From Mytilus californianus (Eukaryota): a DNA stretch of 64,000 bases. How positions within the stretch are numbered: the first letter of the stretch is position 1; each line of letters starts with the position of its first letter. The DNA is taken from assembly GCF_021869535.1 (NCBI RefSeq), contig NW_026262670.1:558001-622000 (forward strand), written 5' to 3'. The position numbers and the translations under genes are program-made. Positions 1 to 14,240 of this stretch are shown in pieces. Below the pieces are notes generated by a model. It was not told where the DNA came from. It did no database searches and saw only the letters and a list, made by a program, of their open reading frames with translations.

Positions 1-227
1 TTTTATGGATGTTACGTTTTGTAGACGTGTTTTACTTTTGGTGGTTTTTCGTTTTTTGCCTTGGCATTGCCAGTTTGTCTTGCGAGTTTGAATATCGATT
101 TCGAATCTTTCGCCTCTCGTTTGTAGACAATCGGTAATGAGACACTTCACTATTTCTCTTTACGGTGAAGTATTAATTTATTGTAAAAAAAATATTCATA
201 CTTTTTATTGCTCACATCTTTATAACA

Positions 228-640
228 ATCAGGAGATGTGGAATGATTGCTAATGAGAAAACTAACCACCAAAAGGACGAAGGTATAAACAACTATACAC
301 TAGTAAAAGTGAAAATCATGCGTATATCGTGCGTACTTTTCTCACGGAAAACGTGCAAATCGAGCTATATCCGTTTTTCGTTCGTAAATTTTCGCATGAT
401 TCACGCATGACTTTCGCACGTATTGGCCTTCGTGTATATATCATGCGTGGCACTTTTATCTGTGTAGGTCACCGCACGGTCTTCATTTACGAGAAAAACC
501 CATATCGCATAGGTAATTTTAAAAGGCATCAGCATGACAAAACTTGAAACAATTCAAAATAAAAAACCAACGATTTTTTTTTTGTGCATGCAGAAAACAT
601 TAAACGAATACCAAATATGACAGACAGCAACAGACGACAA
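228..640 (+). repeat. Dispersed repeat family 1 (AGGAGATGTGGTATGATTGCCAATGAGACAACT...CAACTATAGGTCACCGTACGGCC...)
   Basis: Same motif recurs in either orientation at about 1690-1800, 7835-8075, 8340-8400, 9200-9240, 12130-12295, 17455-17622, 33125-33200, 37620-37880, 42800-42955 and 49445-49660. Class unknown (SINE-like). Confidence 0.8.
298..464. mobile_element. 167-bp MITE with TA target-site duplication, nested in a dispersed repeat
   Basis: Imperfect TIRs CACTAGTAAAAGTG / CACTTTTATCTGTG. TA on both sides (296-297, 465-466). Removing it restores the host repeat motif CAACTATAGGTCACC. Confidence 0.75.
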
Positions 641-1336
641 TTGTCCGTTATACAAGTATTCTGTTGTTTGATAATATCAACTTATATCTATGATTTTCAA
701 TGCATTTATTCTCCTGAATAAGCATGAAATATACGCCGCTAGACATATATTAAACAATGTTATGTTATTTATTAGTTCAATACAGCTGTCTATCTCAAAA
801 TCATAACTATTGGTAATATATGGTGGCATCTTTTATATAGTGAATATTTGTGGGTCGAAAATATATAGGGCACTATGTTTCGAATTCATTATTATATAAA
901 ATGGATTAATATTATAGTCGATTACTGCCAGCACTGGTAATATGGCAATTCTTATTATAAGCCCGTGCCATTCAGTGAAATGTTTAGTTTAACCTAAGGT
1001 GCATAAAAGAATTGTAATCCTATGCATATTAAAGAAACAATAGCAACTCGTTAAAGTACACGAACTACTTTTAATAACACCGAGTATTAATCATAATTTC
1101 AAAGTTCGTGGCCTAATGCATAAGTGCCTAACATATAATGTACAAACAAAAACATTATAATAATAAGATTATGAATGACAAGGAACTGACAATTTGATTA
1201 TTTGTCATATTCTCATTTATTTATAGATTTGAGTGTTATTAATTTATTTTGCGTTGAGTTTTAATTTCCAAAACCAAACAGCCACCAAGGAAGAAAATCA
1301 CACACACACACACACACATCAACACACTCATAAAAG

Positions 1337-1500
1337 AGGGACGAAAGATACCAGAGGGACATTCAAACTCATAGATCGAAAACAAACTGACAACGCCATG
1401 GCCAAAAATAAAAAGACAAACAGACAAATAATAGTATGACACAACATAGAAAACTAAAGTCTAAGCAACACGAACCCCACCAAAAACTGGGGGTGATCTC
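1337..1500 (+). repeat. Dispersed repeat family 2 (GAAAGATACCAGAGGGACATTCAAACTC...AACTGACAACGCCATGGC...GGGGTGATCTC)
   Basis: Related copies at about 11525-11700, 14535-14650, 56520-56680 and 60480-60660 (minus). Preceded here by a (CA)n tract at ~1289-1330. Confidence 0.7.
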
Positions 1501-2602
1501 ATAAACTGAGTAGTCGTGATCGGAATCTATTAATATATTAAGTAAACTGCATATTAGTAAGGAACAGAACATAAATATAAGGAGTTGTTGTAAGGTTGTC
1601 ATCGAGACAGCTACCCATCAAGACCAGAGGACATAGATGAAAACAACCAAGGTTTAAATGTGCTTATTTTGAGCCAAATACTATGCGGTATGGGTTTTGC
1701 TCATTGTTGAAGGCCGTTACGGTGACCTATAGTTGTTTACTTCAAGATCATTTGGTCTCTTGTGGAGAGTTGTGTCATTGGTAATCATACCACATCTTTT
1801 TTTTTATATTGACCATACTTATGATCACGACTAAGTTTTAAATTTCCACTTGAAACTCCATATTTTCCCCTAAGATGTCATTGTATATTTTTATGTGACA
1901 TCAGATCATCTAAAACATCAGCAGGTGGGCAAAAAATAACCCAAGGAATTAACAAAATGTTTGATCATATTTGACGAGGAGTTGAGGTGGGGGGTTGACA
2001 GAGCTACATAACATATAAGCAATAATTGCATTTCATGAACATTTGAAAAAGATCCGCGTCTTTTATATTATATGGAACACTGAAATAATATAGTAGAAAA
2101 ATCAGTCCCATTCATGCAATGTCTCAGATTTCTGGTATTAGTTTTAAAGGTGTCGCAGTTAAGCCGTCGGATTTATGTCTGAGCAATATAAATCTCTATT
2201 TGAGGGACGACCAATCGCTTTATCCGAAGTAGTCAAAGGTATATGGTAAAAGTACTATCCTAAATACAAAACAATGTCGGTCAAAGTCGTCATGGAGTTA
2301 CTTGGAAAACATGTTTTAGATGATTTAAATAAATGCATAGAGATTGTTATTAGTTTAAGAATATTGTTGCCGCTTTTTCGGGTTTATTTTAGGTTGGGTC
2401 ATTTGGGTGATTAAGAATTATATCATCTGGAATTTTGTCCATCATTTAACATCTCTGTATGTCTCTTTACTTTGGAACTATGCTTCCATTTACAATTTTG
2501 ACCGCTGGTATACCTAAAATATCATAAGTCAGCTATTTTGCAGATATTTTTCAAAAATAAAAAGGATCGAATGAAAATATTAATATTATAACAGAAAAAA
2601 AA

Positions 2603-2787
2603 CAATTCGCTTTTTCAGAATTTAAAGGACTATGGGTAATTTCATTGCTCGTACACCAAAATGAAAATAACGTTACGTCATTGGTTCAATTTCCATTGTT
2701 TACAACGTTTCAAACCAATCACAACGTTTTGGTGTACGTTTTTAAAAACATTACCCAGAATGCATTAGATTCTGAAACGGCGAATTG
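2603..2787. mobile_element. ~185-bp MITE, copy 1
   Basis: 22-bp TIR consensus CAATTCGCCGTTTCAGAATCTA / TAGATTCTGAAACGGCGAATTG. Second copy at 38487-38668. Confidence 0.75.
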
Positions 2788-5400
2788 GGATGTACGATGT
2801 TACTCAGTCGTATTTAAAATATAGGCCATAGAAGAGAGACGGGAGATAAGAAAAGGGTATACACACTCCAAAAAGTCCAATACAAACTGCCAACGACATG
2901 GCAAATAAGAAACGAAAAACGACCACAAAACAAACTGCAGCCTACAGAACACAACATAGAAAACAAAAAAATTAGCAACACAAAGCCCACCATAATTGTC
3001 GAAACATAGGACATTCTGCAATTTCAAATGCCTTGGTCTTCTGCCGGAAACGAAGGATATTTTAATGCAATGCTCATTGAAATATTTCCATAAATCAAAA
3101 CTAATTTTAAAAGCATTTTTTTCATATCACTTTCTTCAGTAAACTTGTCTCCAACGAGATTTATAGTTGATATATTCTGCAAAACGATTCCTGTTTTCAC
3201 ATTTAAAACGGCTTTGGTCGTAAACTGTTGTCCTAGATTTAGTTCAAGGCGAGACAGTTTCGATTTAAATCATAATTTTGTTCTTTAAATATATACCTAA
3301 CGTATTGAGGAATAACCAAAAGAGTTTAAATGAACGGTTTTTGGCAACGATAATGAAACATAACACCAGTTATACATATAGTATGTAATCGGAAAATAGG
3401 GGGGAAAATAAATATAAAAAAATAATATTCAAATATTGATAAGCTCGTTCTGCATTGTCACATGATTGTAAAGATATTATATAATACATAACTTTGATAT
3501 TTACAAACCAAAGGAAGCACGTACTCTTTGATTATCTAAATATTGACCAAAATCAAATCTGGTCTGAAAAAAATTATGTCGCACACTTTGTCTAATGGTT
3601 CATTTAGCAGCAAAAAAGAAAATCCTGCAACATGATTGTTACAATAACTAGCCTTTCTGACAAGTGAACCACATTGTCATTGAATGTTATCATTTTTTAT
3701 GAAAAAACAAAGGAAATGACAGATCTTTCACGAGAGATGCCTGAAGTGATCCTAATCTGGCCGTGCTGGATGTATAAATACAGAGACGGTGGGCTGGCGA
3801 ATAGAAATACGGTAGGACACATGCTGAGGGAATCTTGATTTAACTGTACGGAACGTATAAGCGTGCAGCCGAGTCCTAAAAGAAAAGGGGATACCTTGTG
3901 TTGGGAGAGGTCTCAGTAGGTTAAGCAGCCCCCGCAATTACTCGATTAGAAGTCCTATTATAGATACATTGTATATGTTTACTTAATGTTCCTACAAACC
4001 ATTTCCATCGCTTCAGTGGCAGTCTAAATTTTAACGTGCACACCTCTAACCGGCCTACTAACTTTACCGTCATAAAAAATGATTCATTGTTTTATTTTTT
4101 TTTCTCGTCCTGAACATGTATGAAATATTTGCCACTGAACAAAAAGCAAATAGCAATCAATTATAACTTATTGGAACAGTAACTGTCAACCAATTGAAAA
4201 ATTGGGATGAGTGTAAACTTGGTTCATCCCACAATTTTCATTCGAAAGTGCAATGTTTCAATGAGTATCGTAGGGACAGATTTTTTCGAAATTTTTTACC
4301 CAGTGCTAGAAAATGAAAATATCACTTTGGAAATTGTGTGAGTCCGAAGTGCTTTTCTGTGTTTATCACGAACACTCAAGATCATACCCAAATGTAATAC
4401 TGTTTATGATTCTACAAAGGAAAGTAAAGGTAACTGGATAGCTGGTATCTGTAAAATAGTATATTATCTCAGTCTAGATTTTTTTTTAATAATTCATCAC
4501 TATCGATGCCGGAAGGAAATACAATGAAATGCAGAATATAATTTTCCAAATATCTGTCCAACCATTATCATAGCTTATGAAAAAAGGTGTTTTAATGTAA
4601 ACAAATCCGATTGTTTTCTTTTTTTCAAGTTATTTCACATTTCTAAATGGCTTCGTTACACGGAAGTAACTGTTATAGCTGAAGTATAATTGACTTTATT
4701 CACGGTAAATGTTACAAAAGTGGTGTTTGTTTGCAAGTTTCCGATTGGAAGAAGCAGGCATTTAAATACTTAAATTTCCCCCCATTTTAATGAAAAAAAA
4801 TCCAAGGACAAATTCACAACGATTTATTTATACTTCAGAAGTTTAGAAAAAATATGCTCTGTAAGAGGAAGAGAACGACTGTACTTATCAATGCTAGTAA
4901 CTTCACATTAGGCTAAAAAAAAATTACTTATTAAAAGGATGAGTTATACTCCAGCGCTTTTACTGATGTATCAATAACAATCATTTTTAAATGAAAATTG
5001 AAAAATAAATGTCGATTTGATGTTCTGTAATAAAAGATCAAAATCGTTTTGTCGAAAAAAGAGAAACATTTAAAATTTTAAAACTCTGATCTTATGTTGT
5101 AACTTAAAGTGTACTTTATTTTACATTTCTTTTATTCTATCCGTACATGGCTGCTTCAATAATTTCATACAGCATTCAATTGAAGAAAAAAAAATATTTT
5201 AAATTTCATTCTTTTTCTTGATTGTACCCCTCTTTCAGTAATGTTCGAAGACAAAATTTCTGAAAATCAAAATCCTTATACAAAATTTGGACTGAAGCAG
5301 ATATACCCGGATAAAAAAGGACCAAAAGTGTAGCCAAACCGGGATAAGGAATCTGAGCTTTTATCACACATGATTCCTTATTTTCAAATGATTTCCTAAG

Positions 5401-6147
5401 TTTTATCATATACTACGAGTAAATAACATATAATTTTTACAGTATGATAATAGCATCAAATTTACGTGAATTCCATATATTTCCGAAATGGTGTTTAGCG
5501 GGCTGATATGAAAAATTTATCACATGCTTCGACTTTTATTGCATGCCTTTCCGTAACGTTATCGCATGGCATTCCGGTGATACTCCGCAAATTCCGGAAA
5601 ATACACCTCAATGCTACGTTTTCAGTGAAAAAAACATTACAAAGTAGGGTACAAAACAATTATTAGAATACAGGAAAATATATTAAAAAAAAAAATGATA
5701 CAATAAATGCATTTTTAAAAGTTTCCAGCATAATTTAAAAAGTTACTTTAAAAATGTTGACTTTTCCAAACAGTGTTCATTATGTTTTGTTGAAAAAATT
5801 TTTATCATCAATATGAAAATATATTATACTGTTGTTGTTCTTCTCAGTTGAGGCATATGATAGAAAGATTTCATATCGGATGTACTACATTTGGCGTCCG
5901 ACGTCCGTAAACTTTTCACTTTTTGGACTTCTACTTGAGAACCACTTTTTTAAAAGGATCAATATATTAAACTGTTATTTTTTCCATTGTTGAAGCATAT
6001 GATAAAAAGATCATAACATGTCATTTTTCATATCAGATGTATTATCAGGCCTTGGTAAATATCAGCCCTCGAGCCTTCGGCTCTTGGGTTGATATTGAAC
6101 CTTGGGCTGATAATACATCTGATATGAAAAATGCCATGTAATAATCT
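5401..6147 (+). mobile_element. Non-autonomous element with subterminal inverted repeat and ~140-bp 3' hairpin (Crypton- or Helentron-like)
   Basis: TTTTATCATAT at 5401 is inverted as ATATGATAAAA at ~5997. Hairpin 6008-6147 is centred on GAGCC-TTCG-GCTC. Same architecture as 61538-62071. Confidence 0.6.
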
Positions 6148-6366
6148 GATATTATAACATCAAATTTCACAGATTCAATATCCATTGTTTCATGACAGTA
6201 CAGTCAAGAGCTATTGGACTGGTAATAAATACCCTAGAGGACTAAGGTAAACGGTATAATAAAATTTTCCCCAAATTTGCCGATTTTTAATTGTCTTTTA
6301 AATATACCTTTGTTAAATATATTTGTGGTTCTCTATTCTTACTTTACTAACTTCAACTTAAATCTT

Positions 6367-6440
6367 AAAATGGTTACTAATGATTTATAATGGTTACTAA
6401 TGATTTATAATGGTTTACTTACTAATGATTTATAATAGTT
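6367..6440. repeat. 20-bp tandem repeat, ~3 copies
   Basis: Unit AATGGTTACTAATGATTTAT. Confidence 0.8.
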
Positions 6441-7176
6441 ACCAATTAATCATATCGTTGTATATCTTTCTATTTTACTTATCTGTTGATTTATTGCATT
6501 ATATTTTATTCTTGCAATGGAATGGAAATCTTGTTTTGTGTCAAGTTATGTGTTTGAATATGTTGAGATAATCTTTTGAATTCTAATGTCTCGCGAGATT
6601 CTTTTGCTATCAGTTGACTAGATTCATTCTTAAAAAAAGTCTTGAAGTTTAATGATATGCTATACTTCCTTTGTAACCTACTAAACCCATTTCAAAGAGA
6701 TTTAACTCTAAGGTTTCAACTCACTCCGGGAAAGCTGACCTTGATCCTCGGTCATAAAACGTTACTGAGTAAAACTACTCGGAGTAGATAACTTGTGCTC
6801 GAAACACCAAATCCAGTATTATGATTGATTGATTTCTGAGTCTGAGTACGATAATCGTGCTCATTTTTGTTATGAACGCTAGGCCTTATATGAATTTGGG
6901 TATTATGTTAAGCTCCTGTTTTGGTAACACAGATACTGACTCTGCAGCGTATTTACATCCCCTGCTTTCAAATACTGATGAAAGCCTTTCGATCAAAGAC
7001 ATATAATACTTATATATGTCTCTGCTTCAATGCGCGAAATTTATAGTGTTATGTTCATTAACTATAATAAACCTTTGGAATATCTACCATCATTATTGAT
7101 CCTATATATAATTACCTTAAACAGATCATACATAAATAAATACTATAGGTGTTTTATGACTATAAGTTGATATATA

Positions 7177-8263
7177 TGTAGGACTCTAAAGTGCGATGGG
7201 GACGCTAAAACGCGATGGTCACGCTAAATTGCGATGGCCTACGCTAAAGTGCGATGGTTTGATACGCTAAAGTGCGATGGTCTGTGCTATTCATTTGAAC
7301 ACGCTAAAGTGCGTTTTTCCGCAAAAGTATCGACGCTAGCAACGTTCGACAGCATTATGACGAGATTGTTTGTCCAGATTAAGGATTTTTATTACACAAG
7401 AAAAGAAAGAAGAGAGAAACAAATGATCACAATCTGGAACTATTTTGGTCGTTGCTGGAAGAGGTTAACTTAATTTGTAAAATTGTAAAAAGATCTTTAA
7501 TCAAAACAGTTAATTTCTAATTGAATAATTCTATAAAAAAAAATTACAATATGGTTTGTTATTTCTGTTAAATAATGAATATACTTCAACTAGACAGCAA
7601 CCTGAAGAACAGATGTGTAGTATCATCATAAACTATGATTGCCAATACGACAACTCTCTATCCACGACCTAATGTCATTGATGTATGCAACTTTAGGTAT
7701 GACCTTTAACGCGGAGCATTGTCTTACACAACATATTATTTTTATTAAAAAACGACTTCTACTAAATTCCGGATATTCTAACTATACTGCAGTTTAACCA
7801 TTACACTTTTTGGACAACTATCTTACTTTAAATAAAAATAAGAAGATGTAGTATAAACTATCAATCCAACCCCAAATGTCGTTCATGTATGCAACTAATA
7901 ATCATACGGCCGTCAACGTAAAGCCTTGGCCCATGCCGCATAACAAGCTATATAGGGTTATAAAATGACCAGTGTAAAACAATTCAAAAGAGAAAGACTA
8001 TGGCTTGATATATAAATAAAATAATAAACGAAAATGTAATAGGAACTCAGCAACAAACGAAAACCATTGCCTGAACCACATTCCCGTTACACCATCGGAC
8101 TTTAGCGTGTCATACCATCGCACTTTAGCGTGATATCTGATCGCACTTAAAAAAAAACAACCATCGCACTTTAGCGTCTGACACCATCGCACTTTAGCGT
8201 AGACCATCGTACTTTAGCGAGACCATCGCACTTTAGAGTACCATCGCACTTTAGAGTCCTACA
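7177..8263. mobile_element. ~1.09-kb foldback-like element with modular inverted termini
   Basis: Left end TGTAGGACTCTAAAGTGCGATGG followed by tandem ACGCTAAAGTGCGATGGT subrepeats. Right end is the inverted array CCATCGCACTTTAGCGT ending AGAGTCCTACA. TA on both flanks. Confidence 0.75.
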
Positions 8264-9062
8264 TATTTACAAATTAAATTTTAAATAGCAAACTTTTAAC
8301 AAGGGTATCAATTTCATTATTTTAAATGTTTTATAAAAATAAGGAGATGTGGTATGATCGCCAATGAGACAGCTATCCACCAGAGTTCAAATGAAGTGGT
8401 TTGCTGTTGCCAAACCAAAACGCGCGGTTTTTTTTTTTAGCTTTCATTAATTTTTAAAGTGTATATATTATAGTTCATTGTCTTTTTAGTTTTTTTAATA
8501 TATATTTATGCTAACAATGTATTCAGTACTGCAGTCAATTTGAAAGGGTTGAAAACATCACTGCCTATACTATACAAGACACCATCTAAAGAAAGTAATG
8601 AAAACCATGTACAAAAAGGAGTTTACTTAGTACGTTAATTTGTTGTGATTATAAACTGGGTATATGCTATAATATAAACCTTTGTTGACATGCTTGTGTT
8701 TCCTAAAAGAATGACAATTTCCTTGGTAAAGTGTCCATGCTTCCATGGAATCTATTGAACCAAAGCATTTTGCAGATGAAATTGACGTTATCTCAGTCTG
8801 CAAGTTTTATTGATGCCAACATAATTTGTTTGACTTTTATTTAAAATTTGTGTCACAGATAACCATGGATATGTTCCATTTATCGACCCCACATTTTCCG
8901 TACTACCTTTTCTTTTTGATAACATCACCGAATGAGACTTTACATTTGATTTTTGCTTGTCATGAACAACATGTCGGGTCCATGAATATCCTACGGGGTC
9001 AAGAACGTGTTCTTATACCAAAAAAAATTTCAAAGTGTTCACATTAATATCTATTTCAGTAG

Positions 9063-9364
9063 GATTATGTTCTGTATTCCATCAGGTATGTGTCCTTGAC
9101 ATTTGCCATGAAAAAAAAACTCAAAGCACTAATCAACTGTTCGATCTATTCAGTTTTATTTATTAGCCCAAATGGTCGTTTTGTCTAAATATGTAAACTA
9201 TTTCCTCATTGGCAATCATACCACATCTTCTTATTTTTATATGTATTGTTCAACGTTTTTGGTGGTGATTTGTACATCTTTTGTGTCCTCTTATTGAATT
9301 TTCTTCCGCCCATGTTTGCACCTACAGGCATGCATGAGCATATAAATAATACCTTACAAATCAA
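9063..9364 (+). CDS. Candidate pair of small exons (9063-9085, 9328-9364), product unknown
   Basis: TAG|...CAG|GTATGT and CCTACAG|...CAA|GTAAGA. Phases are compatible, giving IMFCIPS-G-MHEHINNTLQI. Too short to exclude chance. Confidence 0.2.
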
Positions 9365-9534
9365 GTAAGAATGTTCCCTATATTCACGTATAACTTATAA
9401 AGACATATTCAGAATGACTTTAGGATTCAAAAGATGCCAGCCTTGAGAATTGTATCCTTTGTTTCCTGCATTACTCATTCTATTGTTTTATTGGTGTAAA
9501 TACAAATAAACCACCATGAATACAACGATTTTAT

Positions 9535-9769
9535 GGGGGTCTGGAAGGGGGTCCTCCATTTCTGTATTCTTTAATTTTTATACAATTTTGCTCTATTCTT
9601 TATATGTATATGCCATTTTCTCTATCCTTTATAAATCAGCACACCATTATTCTCTTTTTCTTTATTTAATGGGCTTATTTTTCTCTGTTCTCTATATTTT
9701 TTTAGCCTTTATTCTGCACTTCTTGACCAATATTCTTTATTCTGTTAACCCCATACAGCCCCTCCTCTA
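9535..9769. mobile_element. MITE with internal (TTCTCTA)-rich core, copy 1
   Basis: TIR consensus GAGGGTCTGGATGGGG / CCCCATCCAGACCCTC. Other copies at ~26553-26770, 34545-34984, 55085-55242 (partial) and 58785-58900 (partial). Confidence 0.7.
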
Positions 9770-10403
9770 TAGCCTTGGGAATTTTGTCTTATGTTTAAAT
9801 GCATTATGCATTCTTTTGTTTATTATTTTAAATGTAAATGCACCAACCTGAGGATTCCACATTAAAGAATCATGCCCTAACCTTGATAAATCTTTTATTT
9901 ATATTTTGCTCCTATTAAGTTGCGTTCGTTTCTGTATTTGTTGTTTCCGTTTTACGTTTAAAATTTTTAAAATTACCTTGCACATTTGAGACAAAAGGTC
10001 ACAATTGATATTTCTTAAAACAATTTAAATGATTACTCCTGATAATGTAGATCAAAAGCAACTATACACAGGTAAAACTACAGGTAGACTTCAAAGAAAG
10101 ATTATTATACAAATGTACCCAGCAGAACCGAAAATCACACCATGTACTCTTTACCGTCTATACCCTGTACAAACATAGTCTGAAATATTTTATCATTTAC
10201 TTTATAGGACGACATCTTGATTTTCGGGAGGAAGAGGATGGATATCCTGGCCTGGTAAGAGCTGAACAAAAATCTGGCACAAGACAGGAGGAAAATGAAT
10301 ACTCTGCAACACAAAATGTAGAAAACAATTGTATATTAAAGTAAAAATATATGTTTTCAGATAAAAATAAATATTTAATCCAATAAAATAAAAGAAACCA
10401 TTT

Positions 10404-10470
10404 AGTCTTTTGTAGACGAAACGCGAAGTCTGTCGTACTAAATTATAAGCCTGGTATTTTTGATGAGTTT
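10404..10470 (+). pseudogene. 5'-truncated hammerhead ribozyme remnant
   Basis: GTCTTTTGTAGAC GAAAC GCGAA GTC TGTCG. The CTGATGA box is absent. Downstream TATAAGCCTGGT is shared with the other copies. Confidence 0.6.
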
Positions 10471-13400
10471 TAACTCATCATCCTTCTTGTAATATACACC
10501 ATTATAATTTGGCATCTAGATGTCTATTGGTATTTTTGTGTCGTTGATTTGCTGTCCAGTAACCATCTCGATCACGTAAAAACAAACATTAACTGCATGA
10601 AAAATAAAAACCATGTATGGCACGTTATGATTTACTGTGAATCCATGCTAAATGTTTGCTTTTCAATTTAAAACTCTAAATTTACTGGAAGTAATTGATT
10701 CCTGCCAAATTCTGTGATTAGCTATCAGTACATTTAAATACGATTGATTTCCAATGTCCTATTTTTGGACTATTGAGCCGTTACCACGTGCTCAAGGTTA
10801 TCGCTTACTTAGTCAAATTTGACATAGTTAGTCTAATGTCTTTAACTAGTGATTTACGGGCTTAATTAATGCAAGATAGCATTGGCCTCAATTATGGACA
10901 ATTAAAAGTCATTAAAGTATCAGCCTTATTTAATATGCATTATGAACTTAGGACACTAAACTAAAAGGTGATGCAATGTGGATAATGGAAAAAAAACCAC
11001 ACATACACACAAAAGCTTGCGTGATAACAGGTGCATCGATATAGAATGCATCTGTCTTTACGCTCCTGTGTTTTATGTATAACGCGCATGACGAAAAGTA
11101 CCTACAACAAACACATTTGGATCGCATTTATGTCGTTCGTTCTTAACATGTGTGAAATATTTGTAACTGGACGTTTTTCAACCAACAATTAATTAAGTCG
11201 ATGCTTCACTTTAGAATTATCGTTTCTACTTTGCTTTATTCTTGTGTAATATTTTTCTGTATCCGTAAGAATCTAAGAAGGTTTTTAGTACACGTTATTA
11301 ATGGTGTATGCATTTCCTTTCCAATGACAACGCAACAACACAAATATAATCAGAACAAACTTGTATAGGTCACTATACGGTCTTCGACAATAGACAATTC
11401 TGTAAATAAAAGATGTCAAACTCTGAACCGCTGAGTCTAGACAAGTTGGGAAAAACATGAACAGTGACATCTAAAGATCTGTCATCAAAAGTAAACAATT
11501 TAAAATAGAAGAACAATACAAGAGAGACGAAAGATACCGAAAGAGAGGTTCAAGCTCATACTTCAAAAGTAAACTGACAATGCCATGGCAAAAGACTTAA
11601 AACGATCAAAAGACAAACAACAGTATACAAAACACAACATAGAAAACCAAAGACGGAGCAACACGAATCCCATCCACCGAAAACCGGGGGTGATCTCAGG
11701 ACATTTTAATATTAAATGGTATTCGTCTCCTATTAGACAAAGAGAACAATATGTCATGCGCACTATACTTGATTACTAGTATTTGAAAAGCACCTCTATA
11801 CAGTTATCCCAATTAGCGATCATCAAATCACTAATTGATGCCTGAAAATCGTCAAATACAATGCTGTTATCTCCTAATTGTAACCAGTCTTACTGAATAT
11901 GGTGTTCCCACAAATTGTTTCTTCGAGACTGGTGATGAAGTACTATTGTTGCACTGTCTTGTGTTTTTAAACCCCAAGGGTTGACTGGGATATAGAAATA
12001 AAGTCATCTCTTTGACCTCCGCCGTTCCGACAGTAAATCCGAGCTAAAGTAGGGCGACGGTTTGGCTGTGCGGGATATTTATAATACGGCGCATGTCCAG
12101 TCGGAATAGGGACAATGAGGAAGGTTGGGAACTATAGGTCAGCGTATGGCCTTCATCAATGAGCAAAGCCCATGCCGCATAGCAAGCCTTAAAAGACCAT
12201 GAAATGACAAATGTAAAACAATTCAAATGAGAAAACGAACGGCCTGATTTATGTACAAAACAATTAACGAAACACAAATATGATATACACCAATACACGA
12301 CAAATGTTCATTTGTTCTCGTTCTCAACATGTATGTAATATTTGCCATTGGACGTACTATCAATATATGTGTTTTTTTTTTATTTTTTAATTGGATGTCA
12401 AGTATGAATGAATGAACAATGTTCGTATTACCGTACATTATCAAAACCTACATGTATTCATCAGTCTTCTAAATAAATATTACAAGCAAACCCAAAAAGC
12501 TAATTTAAATGCTACTCTTGGGAGGGTTGCTGAATAAAAGTATCACTGAATGTCAATAGTATGGATATTTGCTTTGCGTCTTCCTCTCAAAGTATATATC
12601 TGTTAACATAGTGAATCTAGCAACACTGAAAACCTTTAAAATCCAATACAAACATTTTCATTTCATTTTAAAACCTGATAGAAAATCATTAATTCAAAGT
12701 TGTCAAAACCTATCTTTATGACGGATAAAATTACCATGTATTATTCAAAAGGATAAATTTAAATGGTTTTTAGTGACAAATCATTTGAAAACTAAACATC
12801 AATTACAACAGAGACCATTATGGCATAACAATGGAGGCGTTTTCACTCTATTCCATTCTAATTAGTCTTAACAAAAAGCTAATCATTAGCAGCAATTTTT
12901 GTATATTGAGTGACATCGGGGTTAGCAATACACAATTTACGCATTTGACATGTACACAAAATTTATTATAAAATACTATTTAATTTCCTTTACGTCAAAT
13001 AAATATCCTGTCAGCTAAAAATTATTGTTGTGCATTGAAAGCGAAAAAGGGGAAATTTTGTCTGTATTGTTATCGCAAAGAAAGCCCTGATTTTAATTGA
13101 TGACAAAGTAATAATCCTAAAAAATACCATTATCTAAAATGTCAAATTATCGATTTTGTACGTGGAAATACAAATTTGTGCAATATTACGCCAAATCCCA
13201 TTGTTGTTTGCATGATTAGCAGCAATTTCCGAAGAGAAATCGACGGATTTCCGAACTTTCCCGAACTTTTGTTTTTACCGATTAGGCAAGTTTACGAGCT
13301 TTGGTTCTTGCTTAGAATTTGGATAGGCAGGTGAAATAATGGAAAGACTTGCAATAATATTGATAGAGGAAGTAACTTAAACAATGAATTTAGTAAAGCA

Positions 13401-14240
13401 CTCAACGTTTCTACCAGATGTTACAATATAGTACCGAGTCTTATGTGTACCTAGACCTAATACACTATTCCATTTTCAAACTTTATGAAAGCGCCAGCAA
13501 ATGTGCAAGTATCAATAAGCCTTTAGACATAAAATTTTCTCGAACACACTCCAAATCCAAAAGAAAATTGTGCTTTTCCTAATACTCGAAATACGATATC
13601 AATAAACGGCGAATAGACAGCAACCCAATGACACAGAAAACTTTTAGGTGTTAGACCACCAATTAACTCCCTCCAATTTAGAACGTATGTAAAAGTAGCC
13701 CTACTCTGACACAAAATAGTGCCTTTGGTGTCATTGTTTACTTAAACTAACCAACAAATTTGCAGAAATGAAACTTTTGGTGAAAGAGAAATATAAATAG
13801 ACCATTTTGAGCCAAAATTTACTTGTCTATTAGTTTGTATTAAAAATTGAGGAATAATGCGCTCCATGGTATACTAATTTAAGATTTCTAGAAAACCAGG
13901 GTTTTTTTTAGTAGTACGTATGTTCCCAAAGGCATTTTTATCTTAGAAGACTTTAAACATGGGATGAAAATTGGCATGTAGAAAGGTGATGCATATACAA
14001 TTCAGGATATACCTGGTTTCTATGAAGTTAAACTTGAGGTAAAATGTTGAGAAAGCTGTGAAAATAGCAAAATTTGGTTGAACAGATTGGGATTTTGAAT
14101 TGGTGGTCTGACACCTAAAGGCAGCAAGAGTTAATCTCAACAATTATAGATAAGTGTGTATACATAACCTTTCAAAATTTTGGGTCCTCAATGTTTTTAT
14201 ACTTCGTACTTTATTTGGCCTTTTAACTTATTTATTCGAG

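Noticed and set aside
8660-9110. C-type-lectin-like WTLYQGNCHSF on the minus strand
   Set aside because: No downstream W..A...C or WIGL motifs and a weak donor; compatible with chance.
10210-10255. Exon-like AG...GTAAGA segment
   Set aside because: It resembles a MITE terminus (GACATCTTGATTTTCGGG...CCTGGCCTGG) rather than unique sequence.
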